Part shown: in pieces, positions 38,991 to 49,511 of the stretch
Numbering within the stretch: the stretch's first letter is position 1
How the letters are laid out: every line of letters begins with the position of its first letter
Source: Collinsella sp.
Lineage (GTDB): Bacteria; Actinomycetota; Coriobacteriia; Coriobacteriales; Coriobacteriaceae
Direction of reading: 5' to 3'
NCBI GenBank assembly: GCA_019414265.1
Contig: DXMJ01000008.1
Span: 8,540 to 72,539 of the forward strand
Length of the DNA stretch: 64,000 bases
Notes under the pieces: model-generated
The model's database searches: none
Told to the model about the DNA's origin: nothing
What the model saw: the letters and a program-made list of their open reading frames with translations, nothing else
Position numbers and translations under genes: made by a program

Positions 38991-40955
38991 ATGGCAGAGA
39001 ACCAGAACGTCGCCGATCAGGCCTCGACGCTCAACGACGAGCGCGCCACGCGTCTGGCAAAGCGCGCCGCCCTGTTCGAGGTGGGCCAGAACCCCTATCC
39101 CGAGCACTCCGAGATCGAGGACTATGTCGTCGACATTGAGGCCAAATATGCCGATCTTGCCGATGGCGAGGATACTGAGGACGTCGTGAAGATCGGCGGC
39201 CGCGTGGTCGCCAAGCGCGGTCAGGGCAAGATCATGTTTATCGTCGTGCGCGACGCTACCGCCGAGATTCAGCTGTTCTGCCGCATCAACGACATGGACG
39301 AGGCAGCTTGGAATACGCTCAAGGCTCTCGACCTTGGCGATATCCTGGGCGTGACCGGCGTGGTTGTTCGCACCAAGCGCGGCCAGCTCTCCGTTGCCCC
39401 CAAGAGCGCGACGCTGCTCTCCAAGGCCGTTCGCCCGCTGCCCGAGAAGTTCCACGGCCTCTCCGACAAGGAGACCCGCTATCGTCAGCGCTATGTCGAC
39501 CTGATTGCCAACGACGATGTTCGCGAGACCTTCCGCAAGCGCTCGCAGATTCTCTCCACCTTCCGCCGCTTCATGGAATCTGACGGCTACATGGAGGTCG
39601 AGACCCCCATCCTGCAGACCATTCAGGGCGGCGCTACGGCCAAGCCGTTCATCACGCACTTCAACGCGCTCGATCAGGAGTGCTACCTGCGCATTGCTAC
39701 CGAGCTGCACCTCAAGCGCTGCATCGTCGGTGGCTTTGAGCGCGTCTTCGAGATTGGCCGCATCTTCCGCAACGAGGGTATGGACCTCACCCACAACCCC
39801 GAGTTCACCACGATGGAGGCCTATCGTGCCTTCTCCGATCTCGAGGGCATGAAGGCACTCGCCCAGGGTGTCATCAAGGCTGCCAACAAGGCCATCGGCA
39901 ACCCCGAGGTCATTGAGTACCAGGGTCAGACCATCGATCTTTCCGGTGAGTGGGCAAGCCGTCCCATGACCGACATCGTCTCGGACGTGCTCGGCAAGCA
40001 GGTCACCATCGACACGCCGGTCGAGGAGCTTGCCGCCGCCGCACGCGAGAAGGGCCTGGAGATTAAGCCCGAGTGGACTGCTGGCAAGATCATCGCCGAG
40101 ATTTACGATGAGCTGGGCGAGGACACCATCGTCAACCCGACCTTCGTATGCGATTACCCCATCGAGGTCAGCCCGCTTGCCAAGCGTTTTGAGGACGATC
40201 CGCGCCTGACGCACCGCTTTGAGCTGGTCATCGCCGGCCACGAGTACGCCAACGCATTCTCCGAGCTCAACGACCCGGTCGACCAGGCCGAGCGCTTTGC
40301 TGCCCAGATGGCTGAGAAGGCCGGCGGCGACGACGAGGCCATGGAGTACGACGAGGACTACGTGCGCGCCCTCGAGTACGGTATGCCTCCCGCGGGCGGC
40401 ATTGGCATCGGTATCGACCGCGTGGTCATGCTGCTCACCAACCAGGCCTCCATTCGCGACGTCCTGCTGTTCCCGCACATGAAGCCCGAGAAGGGTTTCC
40501 AGTCCGGTGCCGCTGCCGCCAAGGCTGCAGAGGCCGGCAACGCCGAAAGCCCGTTCGTCAAGCCGCTCAAGCCCACGCTCGATTACTCCAAGATCGCCGT
40601 TGAGCCGCTGTTCGAGGAGTTCGTCGACTTCGATACCTTCTCCAAGAGCGATTTCCGCGCCGTGAAGGTTAAGGCGTGCGAGGCCGTCAGGAAGTCCAAG
40701 AAGCTGCTGAACTTTACGCTCGACGACGGCACCGGCACCGACCGCACCATCCTCTCCGGCATCCATGGCTACTATGAGCCCGAGGACCTGGTCGGCAAGA
40801 CCTTGCTCGCCATCACCAATCTGCCTCCGCGCAAGATGATGGGTATTCCCAGCTGCGGTATGCTGATCAGCGCCATCCACGAGGAGGAGGGCGAGGAGCG
40901 CCTCAACCTGATTCAGCTCGACGCTTCCATCCCCGCCGGCGCAAAGATGTACTAA
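38991..40955 (+). CDS. lysS: Lysine--tRNA ligase (class II) with C-terminal OB-fold tRNA-binding domain
   Basis: RYRQRYVDL, GGATAKPF, YLRIATELHLKR, FRNEG and GIGIDR motifs; extra Trbp111/MetG-C-like tail. Confidence 0.97.
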   Translation: MAENQNVADQASTLNDERATRLAKRAALFEVGQNPYPEHSEIEDYVVDIEAKYADLADGEDTEDVVKIGGRVVAKRGQGKIMFIVVRDATAEIQLFCRINDMDEAAWNTLKALDLGDILGVTGVVVRTKRGQLSVAPKSATLLSKAVRPLPEKFHGLSDKETRYRQRYVDLIANDDVRETFRKRSQILSTFRRFMESDGYMEVETPILQTIQGGATAKPFITHFNALDQECYLRIATELHLKRCIVGGFERVFEIGRIFRNEGMDLTHNPEFTTMEAYRAFSDLEGMKALAQGVIKAANKAIGNPEVIEYQGQTIDLSGEWASRPMTDIVSDVLGKQVTIDTPVEELAAAAREKGLEIKPEWTAGKIIAEIYDELGEDTIVNPTFVCDYPIEVSPLAKRFEDDPRLTHRFELVIAGHEYANAFSELNDPVDQAERFAAQMAEKAGGDDEAMEYDEDYVRALEYGMPPAGGIGIGIDRVVMLLTNQASIRDVLLFPHMKPEKGFQSGAAAAKAAEAGNAESPFVKPLKPTLDYSKIAVEPLFEEFVDFDTFSKSDFRAVKVKACEAVRKSKKLLNFTLDDGTGTDRTILSGIHGYYEPEDLVGKTLLAITNLPPRKMMGIPSCGMLISAIHEEEGEERLNLIQLDASIPAGAKMY

Positions 40956-41297
40956 CTAGTTACGCGGTTCTACGAACCGCGTAACGGCTCGACGCTGCGC
41001 GCCGCCCAGGGCGACAATTTGTCATTCAAAAGGTAAGGCATGACCAGAAGGTCTATGTCTTGCCTTTTTCATGCCAACTTGTTCGCCCTGGACGTCGCTC
41101 GCTGTCCGTCCTCTACCTGCGGCGTTGCCTTGGTTGGCACTTAGGGACGTTCTTAAACGACTAGCCATTCAAGAACGTCCCCAACGACTACCTAACGGCT
41201 ATTGCGTACATGACTCACATGACAGTTGTCTCTTTTATGTTTCCTTTAGCCGTCGCTGCCTAGGATGGGAGTTAGTCGGCAGGAAGGGAGCGTCTGT

Positions 41298-42866
41298 ATG
41301 GACGATGCGAGCGAGCGCGCGATCGAAGAGGACATGCTCGATCAGTTCAATTACTTTGATGATGAGGACGAGGAGCTGATCGACCGTCGCGAGCCAGCGC
41401 CGCTTGATTCCTTTGATCTGGTCGATGAAGAGGCTGATGAGGTTGAGGATGAATCGACGGAACCCCCACAGCCTTCGCGCCTTGACTCACTGCCTTCGAG
41501 AGCCCCCATGCACCACGGTGTCCGTGCCGGCGCGCTCCATATGAAAACTGACTGGCGCCAGATCGTGACCGCGGGCGATGAGCTTGCCGTCGATGCGCCA
41601 CTTACCGACAAATCATCCATCATCTGCCGCACCGGTATGCTTATGCTCGCGAGCGGAACGGGTGCCTGGCGTGTACGCGATACCATGAACCGCGTCGCCG
41701 CCGTACTCGGTGTCACCATCCACGTTGACTTAAGTCTCCTGTCGTTTGAGTGCACCTGCATCGAAGGCGGCCACTGCTTTAACGAGGTCGTCAGCCTGCC
41801 AACAACGGGCGTCAACACTCATCGCATTTGGATGATGGAGAGCTTCCTAAAGGAAATCGAGACTTATGGGCGCCGGTTTACCGTGCATGAGTATCACGAG
41901 ATGCTCAAGACCGTTGAGAGTTCAAAACCTGATTACGCGCCTTGGCAACAGGGCCTTGCGGCGGCCTGCGCCTGTGGCGCCTTTGTCTTTTTACTTGGTG
42001 GCGGTCCCATTGAGATGGCATGTGCGTTCGTGGGCGCGGGCGTCGGCAACTTTGCCCGTTCTCATATCCTCAAGCAGGGCCTCGGCCAGTTTAGCGCGTT
42101 GACGATTGGCGTCGCGCTGGCCTGTATCTCGTATTTACTGGCGTTGCTCGGCCTTGGCCAGGTCATTCCGGGGGCAATGTCGCACCAAGAAGGCTATATC
42201 GGCGCCATGCTCTTTGTCATCCCCGGCTTTCCCCTCATTACGGCAGGCCTCGACATCGCAAAGCTCGATATGCGAAGCGGCATCGAGCGTCTTTCGTATG
42301 CTGTGTCAATTATTGTGATGGCGACCCTCGTAGGCTGGATGGTTGCCGAGTGTGTGGGACTGGCGCCGGATGACTTCGCCCCGCTCGGCCTCTCACCGTT
42401 GGCTCTTACGCTCTTGCGCATACTGATGAGCTTTATCGGTGTATTTGGCTTCTCGGTTATGTTCAACAGTCCGATAAAGATGGCCGCGGCGGCTGGGCTC
42501 ATCGGTGCCGTGTCTAATACCTTGCGCCTTACGCTCGTCGATGCGCCGACGCTGTTTCCCTTTCTGGGCCTGAGTGCAGGCATGCCTCCCGAGGCGGCGG
42601 CGTTTATCGGCGCGCTGGTGTCGGGACTGCTTGCGAGCCTGGCCGAAATCAAGCTCACGTACCCGCGCATCGCCCTCACGGTGCCATCGATTGTCATCAT
42701 GGTGCCGGGACTGTATCTGTATCGCTCGATGTACTACATGTGCACGTTTGACACGGTTAATATGCTTGGCTGGTTTGTGCGTGCGGTGCTCATCGTGGCG
42801 TTCCTTCCCGTCGGCCTGAGCGTAGCGAGAACTCTCACCGATCCCCGCTGGCGCCACACCAGCTAA
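41298..42866 (+). CDS. Threonine/serine exporter family (ThrE-like) membrane protein
   Basis: G.LMLASGTGAWRV..TM.RV, LFVIPGFPLI and IMVPGL motifs; about 10 TM; acidic N-terminal extension. Confidence 0.85.
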   Translation: MDDASERAIEEDMLDQFNYFDDEDEELIDRREPAPLDSFDLVDEEADEVEDESTEPPQPSRLDSLPSRAPMHHGVRAGALHMKTDWRQIVTAGDELAVDAPLTDKSSIICRTGMLMLASGTGAWRVRDTMNRVAAVLGVTIHVDLSLLSFECTCIEGGHCFNEVVSLPTTGVNTHRIWMMESFLKEIETYGRRFTVHEYHEMLKTVESSKPDYAPWQQGLAAACACGAFVFLLGGGPIEMACAFVGAGVGNFARSHILKQGLGQFSALTIGVALACISYLLALLGLGQVIPGAMSHQEGYIGAMLFVIPGFPLITAGLDIAKLDMRSGIERLSYAVSIIVMATLVGWMVAECVGLAPDDFAPLGLSPLALTLLRILMSFIGVFGFSVMFNSPIKMAAAAGLIGAVSNTLRLTLVDAPTLFPFLGLSAGMPPEAAAFIGALVSGLLASLAEIKLTYPRIALTVPSIVIMVPGLYLYRSMYYMCTFDTVNMLGWFVRAVLIVAFLPVGLSVARTLTDPRWRHTS

Positions 42867-42900
42867 TTGGTGCAAGGGGGACAGGTTACTTTGCACCAAT
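42866..42900 (+). repeat. REP-like palindrome with GGGGACAGG loop
   Basis: ATTGGTGCAAG-GGGGACAGGTTAC-TTTGCACCAAT at the stop codon of the ThrE-like gene. Confidence 0.7.
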
Positions 42901-42995
42901 ACGCCGAGCATCTCCACAAACTCAACGCTTACGAAGCGCGTGTTGTTCGTGTTAGGGTAGTTCCACCACATAAGTAGTCGCAGACGCACGTACCG

Positions 42996-43047
42996 CGGGC
43001 GGGCGAGATGAAGTCCCAGTAACTCCATCTCGCCTGCCCGTTTTTTT
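42996..43047 (+). terminator. Intrinsic terminator in the leader of the DUF2798 gene (possible attenuator)
   Basis: CGGGCGGGCGAGATG/CATCTCGCCTGCCCG stem plus T7, about 40 bp before the start codon. Confidence 0.7.
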
Positions 43048-43087
43048 GCACGCGCCGCGGCGTAACACAGAAAGGATTTCGCCCTTT

Positions 43088-43681
43088 ATGCCTATCAACA
43101 AACGAGAGAGCCTGCTGTTCACCTTTATCATGTGTTTTTGTATGGTGCTCTGGATGAGCATCTACAACGTTGCCCTGCAGCATGGGGCCATCAACGGCGA
43201 GGTTGTTGCCGCTGCATGGCTTGGCTTCCCCGTTGCCTACGTCTTTGCCATGTGCTGCGACTGGTTTATCGCCAGCCCGCCAGCCAAAGGCTTCGCCTTC
43301 AAGTTCCTGGTTACTCCGGGCAAGAGCTCGCCGCTCGCTATGACGCTCGCCGTCAGCTCCTGCATGGTCGTCCCCATGGTCATCATCATGTCGCTCTACG
43401 GCGCCTGCGAGGGCCTGTTCCATATGCCCGGCGGCCCGCTTGCCAATTTGCAGGCGCTGCCGATGATGTGGCTCGTCAACATTCCGCGCAACTTTATCAT
43501 GGCCCTGCCCTGGAACCTGCTGGTGGCCGGTCCGGTTGCCCGGTTTGTCTTCCGTCGCGCCTTCCCCATGGGCACGGTCTTTGCCGAGCCGCACATGGAG
43601 CTCGTGCACATGCCGGGTGCTCCCGCTGCCGAGGAGGTTGCCAACATTTCCGAGGGCATGGACGTCGAGCCTGCCTGCTAG
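43088..43681 (+). CDS. DUF2798-like membrane protein
   Basis: MPINKRESLLFTFIMCFCMVLWMSIYN...MV..MV.IMSLYG...RNFIMALPWNLLVAGPVAR; GAAAGGA RBS. Confidence 0.75.
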   Translation: MPINKRESLLFTFIMCFCMVLWMSIYNVALQHGAINGEVVAAAWLGFPVAYVFAMCCDWFIASPPAKGFAFKFLVTPGKSSPLAMTLAVSSCMVVPMVIIMSLYGACEGLFHMPGGPLANLQALPMMWLVNIPRNFIMALPWNLLVAGPVARFVFRRAFPMGTVFAEPHMELVHMPGAPAAEEVANISEGMDVEPAC

Positions 43682-43867
43682 GCAACGCTCAGAACCAGAC
43701 CCCCAAACAGACCGGAGCGATTCCTTTTTTGTAGACGTTGTCGTATGGCTCCGTGCGGAAAAGGTCCCAACGGTTAACATATACTCCATATGGGTAAAGA
43801 GACCAAAGCGCTGCCGCGGGGCGGCGCTTTGCGTTTGAAAAAACTAGCTCGTCTAAGAGGAACTAGC

Positions 43868-46510
43868 ATGTTAGACCGTTTTACCGATCGCGCGCGCAAG
43901 GTCATGTCCATGGCCAAGCAAGAGGCGCTCGATCTACACTCAAATAAAGTGGGTACCGAGCATCTGCTGCTCGCGCTCGCTAAGGAGGACGAGGGCATTG
44001 CCGCCGAGGCACTGCGCTCGCTCGATATCTCCTACGACGACATCATGGACACCCTCAAGGAGGTCCAGACCACCGTTCCCGAGCCCAGCGAGGAGACCGA
44101 GGCCGCCAAGCTCGCCTTTACGCCGCTCGTCATTAGCGTGATGGAGCGTTCCTTCCGTGTGGCGCGCGAGAACAACCAGACCTATGTGTCGACCGAGCAC
44201 CTGCTCATCGGTATCGTCGAAGAGGGCAACGGAATGGCCATGGACATCCTCATGCGCCTGGGTGTTTCGTCCGCTTCTATCAAAAAGGCCATCGAAAAGC
44301 TCACCGCCAAGGACCAGGACAAGAAGCGTCCGCTCGCCGGAGCTGGCGCCGGCCGCCCCGGTGCGGGCCTGCCGTTCTTTAGCGGCTCGGACGCCTCACA
44401 GCAAAAGGGGGACGGCACCGACACGCTCAAGCAGTTCGCCACCAACCTCACACAGAAGGCGCGCGACGGCAAGCTCGATCCCGTGATCGGTCGCGAAAAG
44501 GAAGTCCAGCGCATGATGGAGATCCTTTCGCGCCGCACCAAGAACAACCCGCTTATCTTGGGTGATCCCGGCGTGGGCAAGACAGCCATCGTCGAGGGCC
44601 TGGCTCAGCAGATTGCCGCCGGCAACGTGCCCGAGAACCTCATGAACCAGAATATCTGGACACTCGACCTGCCGGGTCTTGTTGCGGGCGCCAAGTATCG
44701 CGGCGAGTTCGAGGAGCGTCTCAAGAACGTGATCCAGGAGGCGACCGAAGCCGACGACGTTATCTTGTTTATCGACGAGATGCACACCATCATCGGTGCC
44801 GGCTCTGCTGAGGGTTCTATCGATGCGAGCTCCATGCTCAAGCCCGTTCTCGCACGCGGTGCCTTCCAGATCATCGGCGCCACCACGGCCGAGGAGTTCC
44901 GCAAGTACCTCACCAAGGATCCGGCCTTTGAGCGTCGCTTCCAGACAATCGATGTCGAGGAGCCGAGCGTCGAGGACACGGTCAAGATCCTGACCGCGCT
45001 CAAGCCGCGCTACGAGGAGCACCACCATGTGCGTTACACACAGGGTGCTATCGAGGCCGCCGCGAACCTCTCCAACCGCTACATTCAGGACCGCTTCCTG
45101 CCCGATAAGGCCATCGACCTTATCGACGAGGCCGGTGCCCGCGCCCGCATCGCCGCTAACCGCGCGCCCGAGCCGGTGCGCGAGGCCGAGCATCGCGTCG
45201 AAGAGCTCAAGGCTGCCGCACAGGAGGCCACCGAGAGCGACGACATGAACAAGGCTGCCGAGATCACTGAGCAGCAAAAGGCTGCCGAGATTGAGGTTGC
45301 CGAGGCCAAGGCTGCCTGGACGGCCGAGCTCGACGCGAGCCCGCTCACCATCGACGTCGCCCAGATCGCCGACATCGTCTCCGTGACCTCGGGTGTGCCG
45401 GTGTCTTCGCTCACCGAGAGCGAGAGCCGTCGCCTGCTGCAGACCGAAAGCGTGCTCAAGACCCGCATTATCGGCCAGGACGAGGCGGTCGAGGCCGTTG
45501 CCAAGGCCGTGCGCCGCAGTCGCTCGCCGCTCAAGGACCCGCGTCGCCCCGGCGGCAGCTTTATCTTCCTGGGTCCCACCGGCACGGGCAAGACCGAGCT
45601 CGCCAAGACGCTTGCCGAGTATCTCTTTGGCAGCAAGGACGCGCTCATCAGCTTCGACATGTCGGAGTTTGGCAGCGAGTTCGAGGTCTCCAAGCTTATC
45701 GGTAGCCCCCCGGGCTACGTTGGCCATGACGAGGGCGGTCAGCTCACCAAGGCCGTGCGCCGTCATCCGTACTCGGTCGTGCTGTTTGACGAGATCGAGA
45801 AGGCGCACCCCGATATCTTCAACATTCTGCTGCAGGTGCTGGAGGAGGGCCGCCTGACCGATAGCCAAGGCAAGACGGTCGACTTCCGCAATACCGTGAT
45901 CATCATGACGTCCAACGTGGGCGCCCGCGAGATTGCGCAGGATGCGAGCGTTGGCTTTGGCACCACCGGCGAGCACGGCCTTACCTCGAGCGAGATTAAG
46001 GGCCGTGCGATGGGCGAACTCAAGCGCCTGTTCCGCCCCGAGCTGCTCAACCGTATCGACGACATCGTGGTGTTCCAGAAGCTTTCGGGCGAGAATCTGA
46101 CCAAGATCGCGCACCTGCTGGTGGACGACTTGCGTCAACGCCTGATTGTCAACGGCATGAACATCAAGCTCACCGATGCGGCCTACGACAAGATTGTGGC
46201 CGAGGGCACCGACCTCACCAATGGCGCGCGTCCGCTGCGCCGCGCCATCCAAAAGCTCATTGAGGACCCGCTGTCCGAGGAGCTGCTGGCCGGCGAGTGG
46301 GGCGAGGGCGATACCGTCCTGTGCGATGTGGCCGACGGCAAGTTTGTCTTTAGCCACGGCACGGGCGAGATTCCGGCACCGCGTCCGGTCGGCGCGCTCG
46401 GCGGCGATACCGCTCCGGCGGCGCCGCACACCGGCAACGCCACGCCCGTAAGCGGCGGCGTGACCTCGGGCCCCGGCGGCATGATGCAAGCCGGCTCTGG
46501 CGCGCTGTAA
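43868..46510 (+). CDS. clpC: ATP-dependent Clp protease ATP-binding subunit ClpC
   Basis: Clp N-terminal repeats ([15 protein letters not shown]); two AAA+ domains GDPGVGKT and [16 protein letters not shown]. Confidence 0.96.
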   Translation: MLDRFTDRARKVMSMAKQEALDLHSNKVGTEHLLLALAKEDEGIAAEALRSLDISYDDIMDTLKEVQTTVPEPSEETEAAKLAFTPLVISVMERSFRVARENNQTYVSTEHLLIGIVEEGNGMAMDILMRLGVSSASIKKAIEKLTAKDQDKKRPLAGAGAGRPGAGLPFFSGSDASQQKGDGTDTLKQFATNLTQKARDGKLDPVIGREKEVQRMMEILSRRTKNNPLILGDPGVGKTAIVEGLAQQIAAGNVPENLMNQNIWTLDLPGLVAGAKYRGEFEERLKNVIQEATEADDVILFIDEMHTIIGAGSAEGSIDASSMLKPVLARGAFQIIGATTAEEFRKYLTKDPAFERRFQTIDVEEPSVEDTVKILTALKPRYEEHHHVRYTQGAIEAAANLSNRYIQDRFLPDKAIDLIDEAGARARIAANRAPEPVREAEHRVEELKAAAQEATESDDMNKAAEITEQQKAAEIEVAEAKAAWTAELDASPLTIDVAQIADIVSVTSGVPVSSLTESESRRLLQTESVLKTRIIGQDEAVEAVAKAVRRSRSPLKDPRRPGGSFIFLGPTGTGKTELAKTLAEYLFGSKDALISFDMSEFGSEFEVSKLIGSPPGYVGHDEGGQLTKAVRRHPYSVVLFDEIEKAHPDIFNILLQVLEEGRLTDSQGKTVDFRNTVIIMTSNVGAREIAQDASVGFGTTGEHGLTSSEIKGRAMGELKRLFRPELLNRIDDIVVFQKLSGENLTKIAHLLVDDLRQRLIVNGMNIKLTDAAYDKIVAEGTDLTNGARPLRRAIQKLIEDPLSEELLAGEWGEGDTVLCDVADGKFVFSHGTGEIPAPRPVGALGGDTAPAAPHTGNATPVSGGVTSGPGGMMQAGSGAL

Positions 46511-46587
46511 AGTGTGAAATAGTCTGAATGAAGGGGATGTTCCAGCTGGGACGTCCCCTTTCTGGTAAAGGCGGCATTCATCCTAAA

Positions 46588-46618
46588 TGCTATACTAAGT
46601 AAAGGAAAGCGTATAGCA
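46588..46618 (+). promoter_or_regulatory. Putative autoregulatory operator overlapping the -10 of the TA operon
   Basis: Inverted repeat TGCTATAC-N15-GTATAGCA overlapping TATACT. Confidence 0.5.
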
Positions 46619-46630
46619 AAAGGAGCCAAC

Positions 46631-46990
46631 ATGTCTATGTCGATACTAGACTCACGGCCGGTTCAGATGAACGTGCGCATGGATCGCCAACTCAAGGATG
46701 CCGGGGACGCCGTTTTGGCACAGATTGGCATGACGCCGTCGCAAGCCGTTCGGACACTTTGGGAGTATCTGGTCGTTAACGGACATATGCCCTCGAAGGG
46801 AGACGCGGCGGCTCCAGTTTCTGACGGAGTGGAGCCCCGGCGCATGGAGTCAAGGGCCGCGCAAGGCAGCCATATCGTTCGCGATTCGTGCCTCAAATAC
46901 GGCATCCCCATCCCTGAGTTCTCGGGAGACTATGACGACCTCTATGAGGAGGCCATGGCGGAGCGCTATCCCGAGTGGGTGGAACTATGA
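46631..46990 (+). CDS. RelB/DinJ-like ribbon-helix-helix antitoxin
   Basis: QMNVRMDRQLK..GDAVL..IGMTPSQAVR pattern; ATGA overlap with the PIN gene. Confidence 0.75.
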   Translation: MSMSILDSRPVQMNVRMDRQLKDAGDAVLAQIGMTPSQAVRTLWEYLVVNGHMPSKGDAAAPVSDGVEPRRMESRAAQGSHIVRDSCLKYGIPIPEFSGDYDDLYEEAMAERYPEWVEL

Positions 46991-47508
46991 GCACAGAAGG
47001 CGTCCTCAAGCTGTTAATCGATACCAACGTATGGATGGATTATTTTTCTGGCAGGTCCGACCGTACGGCAAATGTCGCCCATCTGATCGAGATTGCCGAC
47101 GCCTCGGAGCGGATTGCCCTGTTTGCCTCGTCGCTTTCGGTCAAAGACGTTTCATATCTTGTCTCGGCGGCAATCAAGCAGGAGTGCCGAAGAAAGACTG
47201 GCTCACTGAGCGATAACGCCATTGCGGCGGCAGACGAAACGGCCTGGGCATGCGTTCGACAGATGCGCGAGCTAGCCCTCATCGCCCCGGTCGGTGCAGA
47301 TGAGGTCTTCGACTCCTTTGTGTTCAAGTATCATCACAACGACTTTGAGGACGACCTGATACTGGGCGTCGCTAATCGCATTGATGCCGATTACGTCGTG
47401 ACGGAGGACAAAAACCTCATTAAACATACCAATGGCGTATGCATAAACGTTGATCAAGCTTTGAGGTTGGTTGAAGGGTCCAACGCCCCTTCGGTGCGGC
47501 CCGTCTAA
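46987..47508 (+). CDS. PIN domain (VapC-like) toxin
   Basis: LLIDTNVWMD, DFEDDL and DYVVTEDK acidic PIN motifs. Confidence 0.85.
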   Translation: MSTEGVLKLLIDTNVWMDYFSGRSDRTANVAHLIEIADASERIALFASSLSVKDVSYLVSAAIKQECRRKTGSLSDNAIAAADETAWACVRQMRELALIAPVGADEVFDSFVFKYHHNDFEDDLILGVANRIDADYVVTEDKNLIKHTNGVCINVDQALRLVEGSNAPSVRPV

Positions 47509-47656
47509 CCTGCTTTATCTTAATAAAGTAGCGTTTCCCCGCCGTTAGCCGATGATGCGAGGGCGCTCGGCGTTTTCGACTGGTTTATGCACGCAAAGTC
47601 TGGGAATATACAAGGCGCATGTCTTACTGTCTAACCAGTTGCGCCAAGGAGGCACC

Positions 47657-49114
47657 ATGGATTACAAGATTACCGGCTACGAGCCCGCCCAGCTGTTCCA
47701 TTTCTTTGAGGAGGTCAGCGCGATCCCCCGTGGGTCTGGCAACGAGAAGGGCATCAGCGATTTCCTGGTTGCGTTTGCCAAGGAGCGCGGCCTCGATGTG
47801 TACCAGGACGAGGTCTACAACGTCATCATTCGCAAGCCCGCTTCTGCCGGCGCCGAGAATGCTCCGGCCGTGATGCTGCAGGGCCACATCGATATGGTGT
47901 GCGACAAGTTGGGCTCCGTTGAGCACGACTTTACGACCGACGGTATCGACCTGGTCGTCAAGGACGGCGTCCTCACCGCTAACGGCACCACCCTGGGTGC
48001 CGACAACGGCATTGCTGTCGCTCTGATGCTCACTGTTCTCGATGACGATTCGATCGTTCACCCCGCCCTCGAGTGCGTATTCACCACCGACGAGGAGACT
48101 GGCCTGGTCGGTGCCGAGACGCTCGACAAGTCCCAGATTAGCGCCCGCACCATGATTAACCTTGACTCCGAGGAAGAGGGCGTTGCCACCGTCAGCTGCG
48201 CCGGCGGCGTCGTTGTTACCTACGCCTGCCCCATCGTGCGCGAGCACAAGACCGGCAGCACCCTCACGCTCGACATCTCCGGCCTACTGGGTGGTCATTC
48301 CGGCAACGATATCAACCTAGAGCGCGGCAACGGCAACCTCATCATGGCCCGCATCATCGACCGCCTGATGGTTGCCGGCGAGCCCGCCATCGTTAGCTTT
48401 AACGGCGGCACCAAGGACAACGCCATCAACCGTGAGTGCAAGGCTGTTCTGGTCTACGCCGACCACGCTGCCGCCGAGGCCGCGGCCCAGATCGCAAAGG
48501 GCATCATCGCCGACGTCACTGCCGAGCTCGAGGTCTTCGACCCCGGCTTTACCTGCACCGTCGAGATTGCCGATAACGCTGAGGTCGAGGCCATGGACCA
48601 GAAGTCCGCGCTTGCCCTCATCCGCGCCCTGCGTCTTGCCCCTAACGGCGTGATTCGCCGCAACGTCGCCACCGACGGCTCCGTCGAGGTTTCCTCCAAC
48701 ATCGGTGTGGTTGCCACTTCTGACGACGAGGTCAAGATCATGCTGTCCCCGCGCTCCTCGATCACCTCGCTGCAGGACGAGTTCAAGGACCGCCTGCAGA
48801 CGCTGGCCGATGTCCTGGGCTTCGACGCCAAGTTTGAGTTCGAGTATCCCGGCTGGAGCTATGCCGAGCATTCGCCGGTCCGCGACGTCTTTGTCGAGAG
48901 CTATCGTGAGCTCTTTGGCTCCGAGCTGCGCATCGAGTCCATTCACGCCGGCCTTGAGTGCGGCCTGTTTGCCGAGGCCCTGCACGGTCTGGACGCCATC
49001 GCCGTGGGCCCGACGCTCTCCGATGTCCACACCCCGGACGAGAGCATGGAGCTCGCTTCTGCCGAGCGCTTCTACGAGCTGCTCATCGACGTCCTCAAGC
49101 GCCTTGCCGCGTAA
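47657..49114 (+). CDS. pepD: Aminoacyl-histidine dipeptidase
   Basis: IPRGSGNE, LQGHIDMV, TTLGADNG, DEETG, NLDSEEE, GGHSG and HAGLECG motifs. Confidence 0.93.
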   Translation: MDYKITGYEPAQLFHFFEEVSAIPRGSGNEKGISDFLVAFAKERGLDVYQDEVYNVIIRKPASAGAENAPAVMLQGHIDMVCDKLGSVEHDFTTDGIDLVVKDGVLTANGTTLGADNGIAVALMLTVLDDDSIVHPALECVFTTDEETGLVGAETLDKSQISARTMINLDSEEEGVATVSCAGGVVVTYACPIVREHKTGSTLTLDISGLLGGHSGNDINLERGNGNLIMARIIDRLMVAGEPAIVSFNGGTKDNAINRECKAVLVYADHAAAEAAAQIAKGIIADVTAELEVFDPGFTCTVEIADNAEVEAMDQKSALALIRALRLAPNGVIRRNVATDGSVEVSSNIGVVATSDDEVKIMLSPRSSITSLQDEFKDRLQTLADVLGFDAKFEFEYPGWSYAEHSPVRDVFVESYRELFGSELRIESIHAGLECGLFAEALHGLDAIAVGPTLSDVHTPDESMELASAERFYELLIDVLKRLAA

Positions 49115-49169
49115 AGGTCACGCCGGCAGCGGTCCGAGCCACGTGCTAGCGGATTGCAAATGACATTAC

Positions 49170-49217
49170 GAGAGGGGACACCCGGTCTTTTGCGACAGGT
49201 GCCCCCTCTCTTCTTTT
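49170..49217 (+). terminator. Terminator after pepD
   Basis: GAGAGGGGACACC...GGTGCCCCCTCTC plus T-rich tail. Confidence 0.6.
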
Positions 49218-49511
49218 AAGAAATGGGAAATTGCCTGGCGTCTAACCCATATCACCCTTTAGTCAATTTGGAACGTGTCTCTATAGTTTTGTCCACTCTC
49301 CCGGGACGACCCCGCCTTCCTTGAGGCGCGTCGGGAGGCTCGGCGTTACAGAGACGGCAAGGCCGGACGGGGATTACCTCTTCGCGATGGAGGGGAACCC
49401 CCGGCGCTGGAGGGCGACGGGGAAGAGCCATGCGATCAAAACGGGGAGCAGCGACTGCCGAAAGTTGATCGTCTCGCACAAGCGCCAGCACGACATTCGG
49501 GCTTTCGGATC

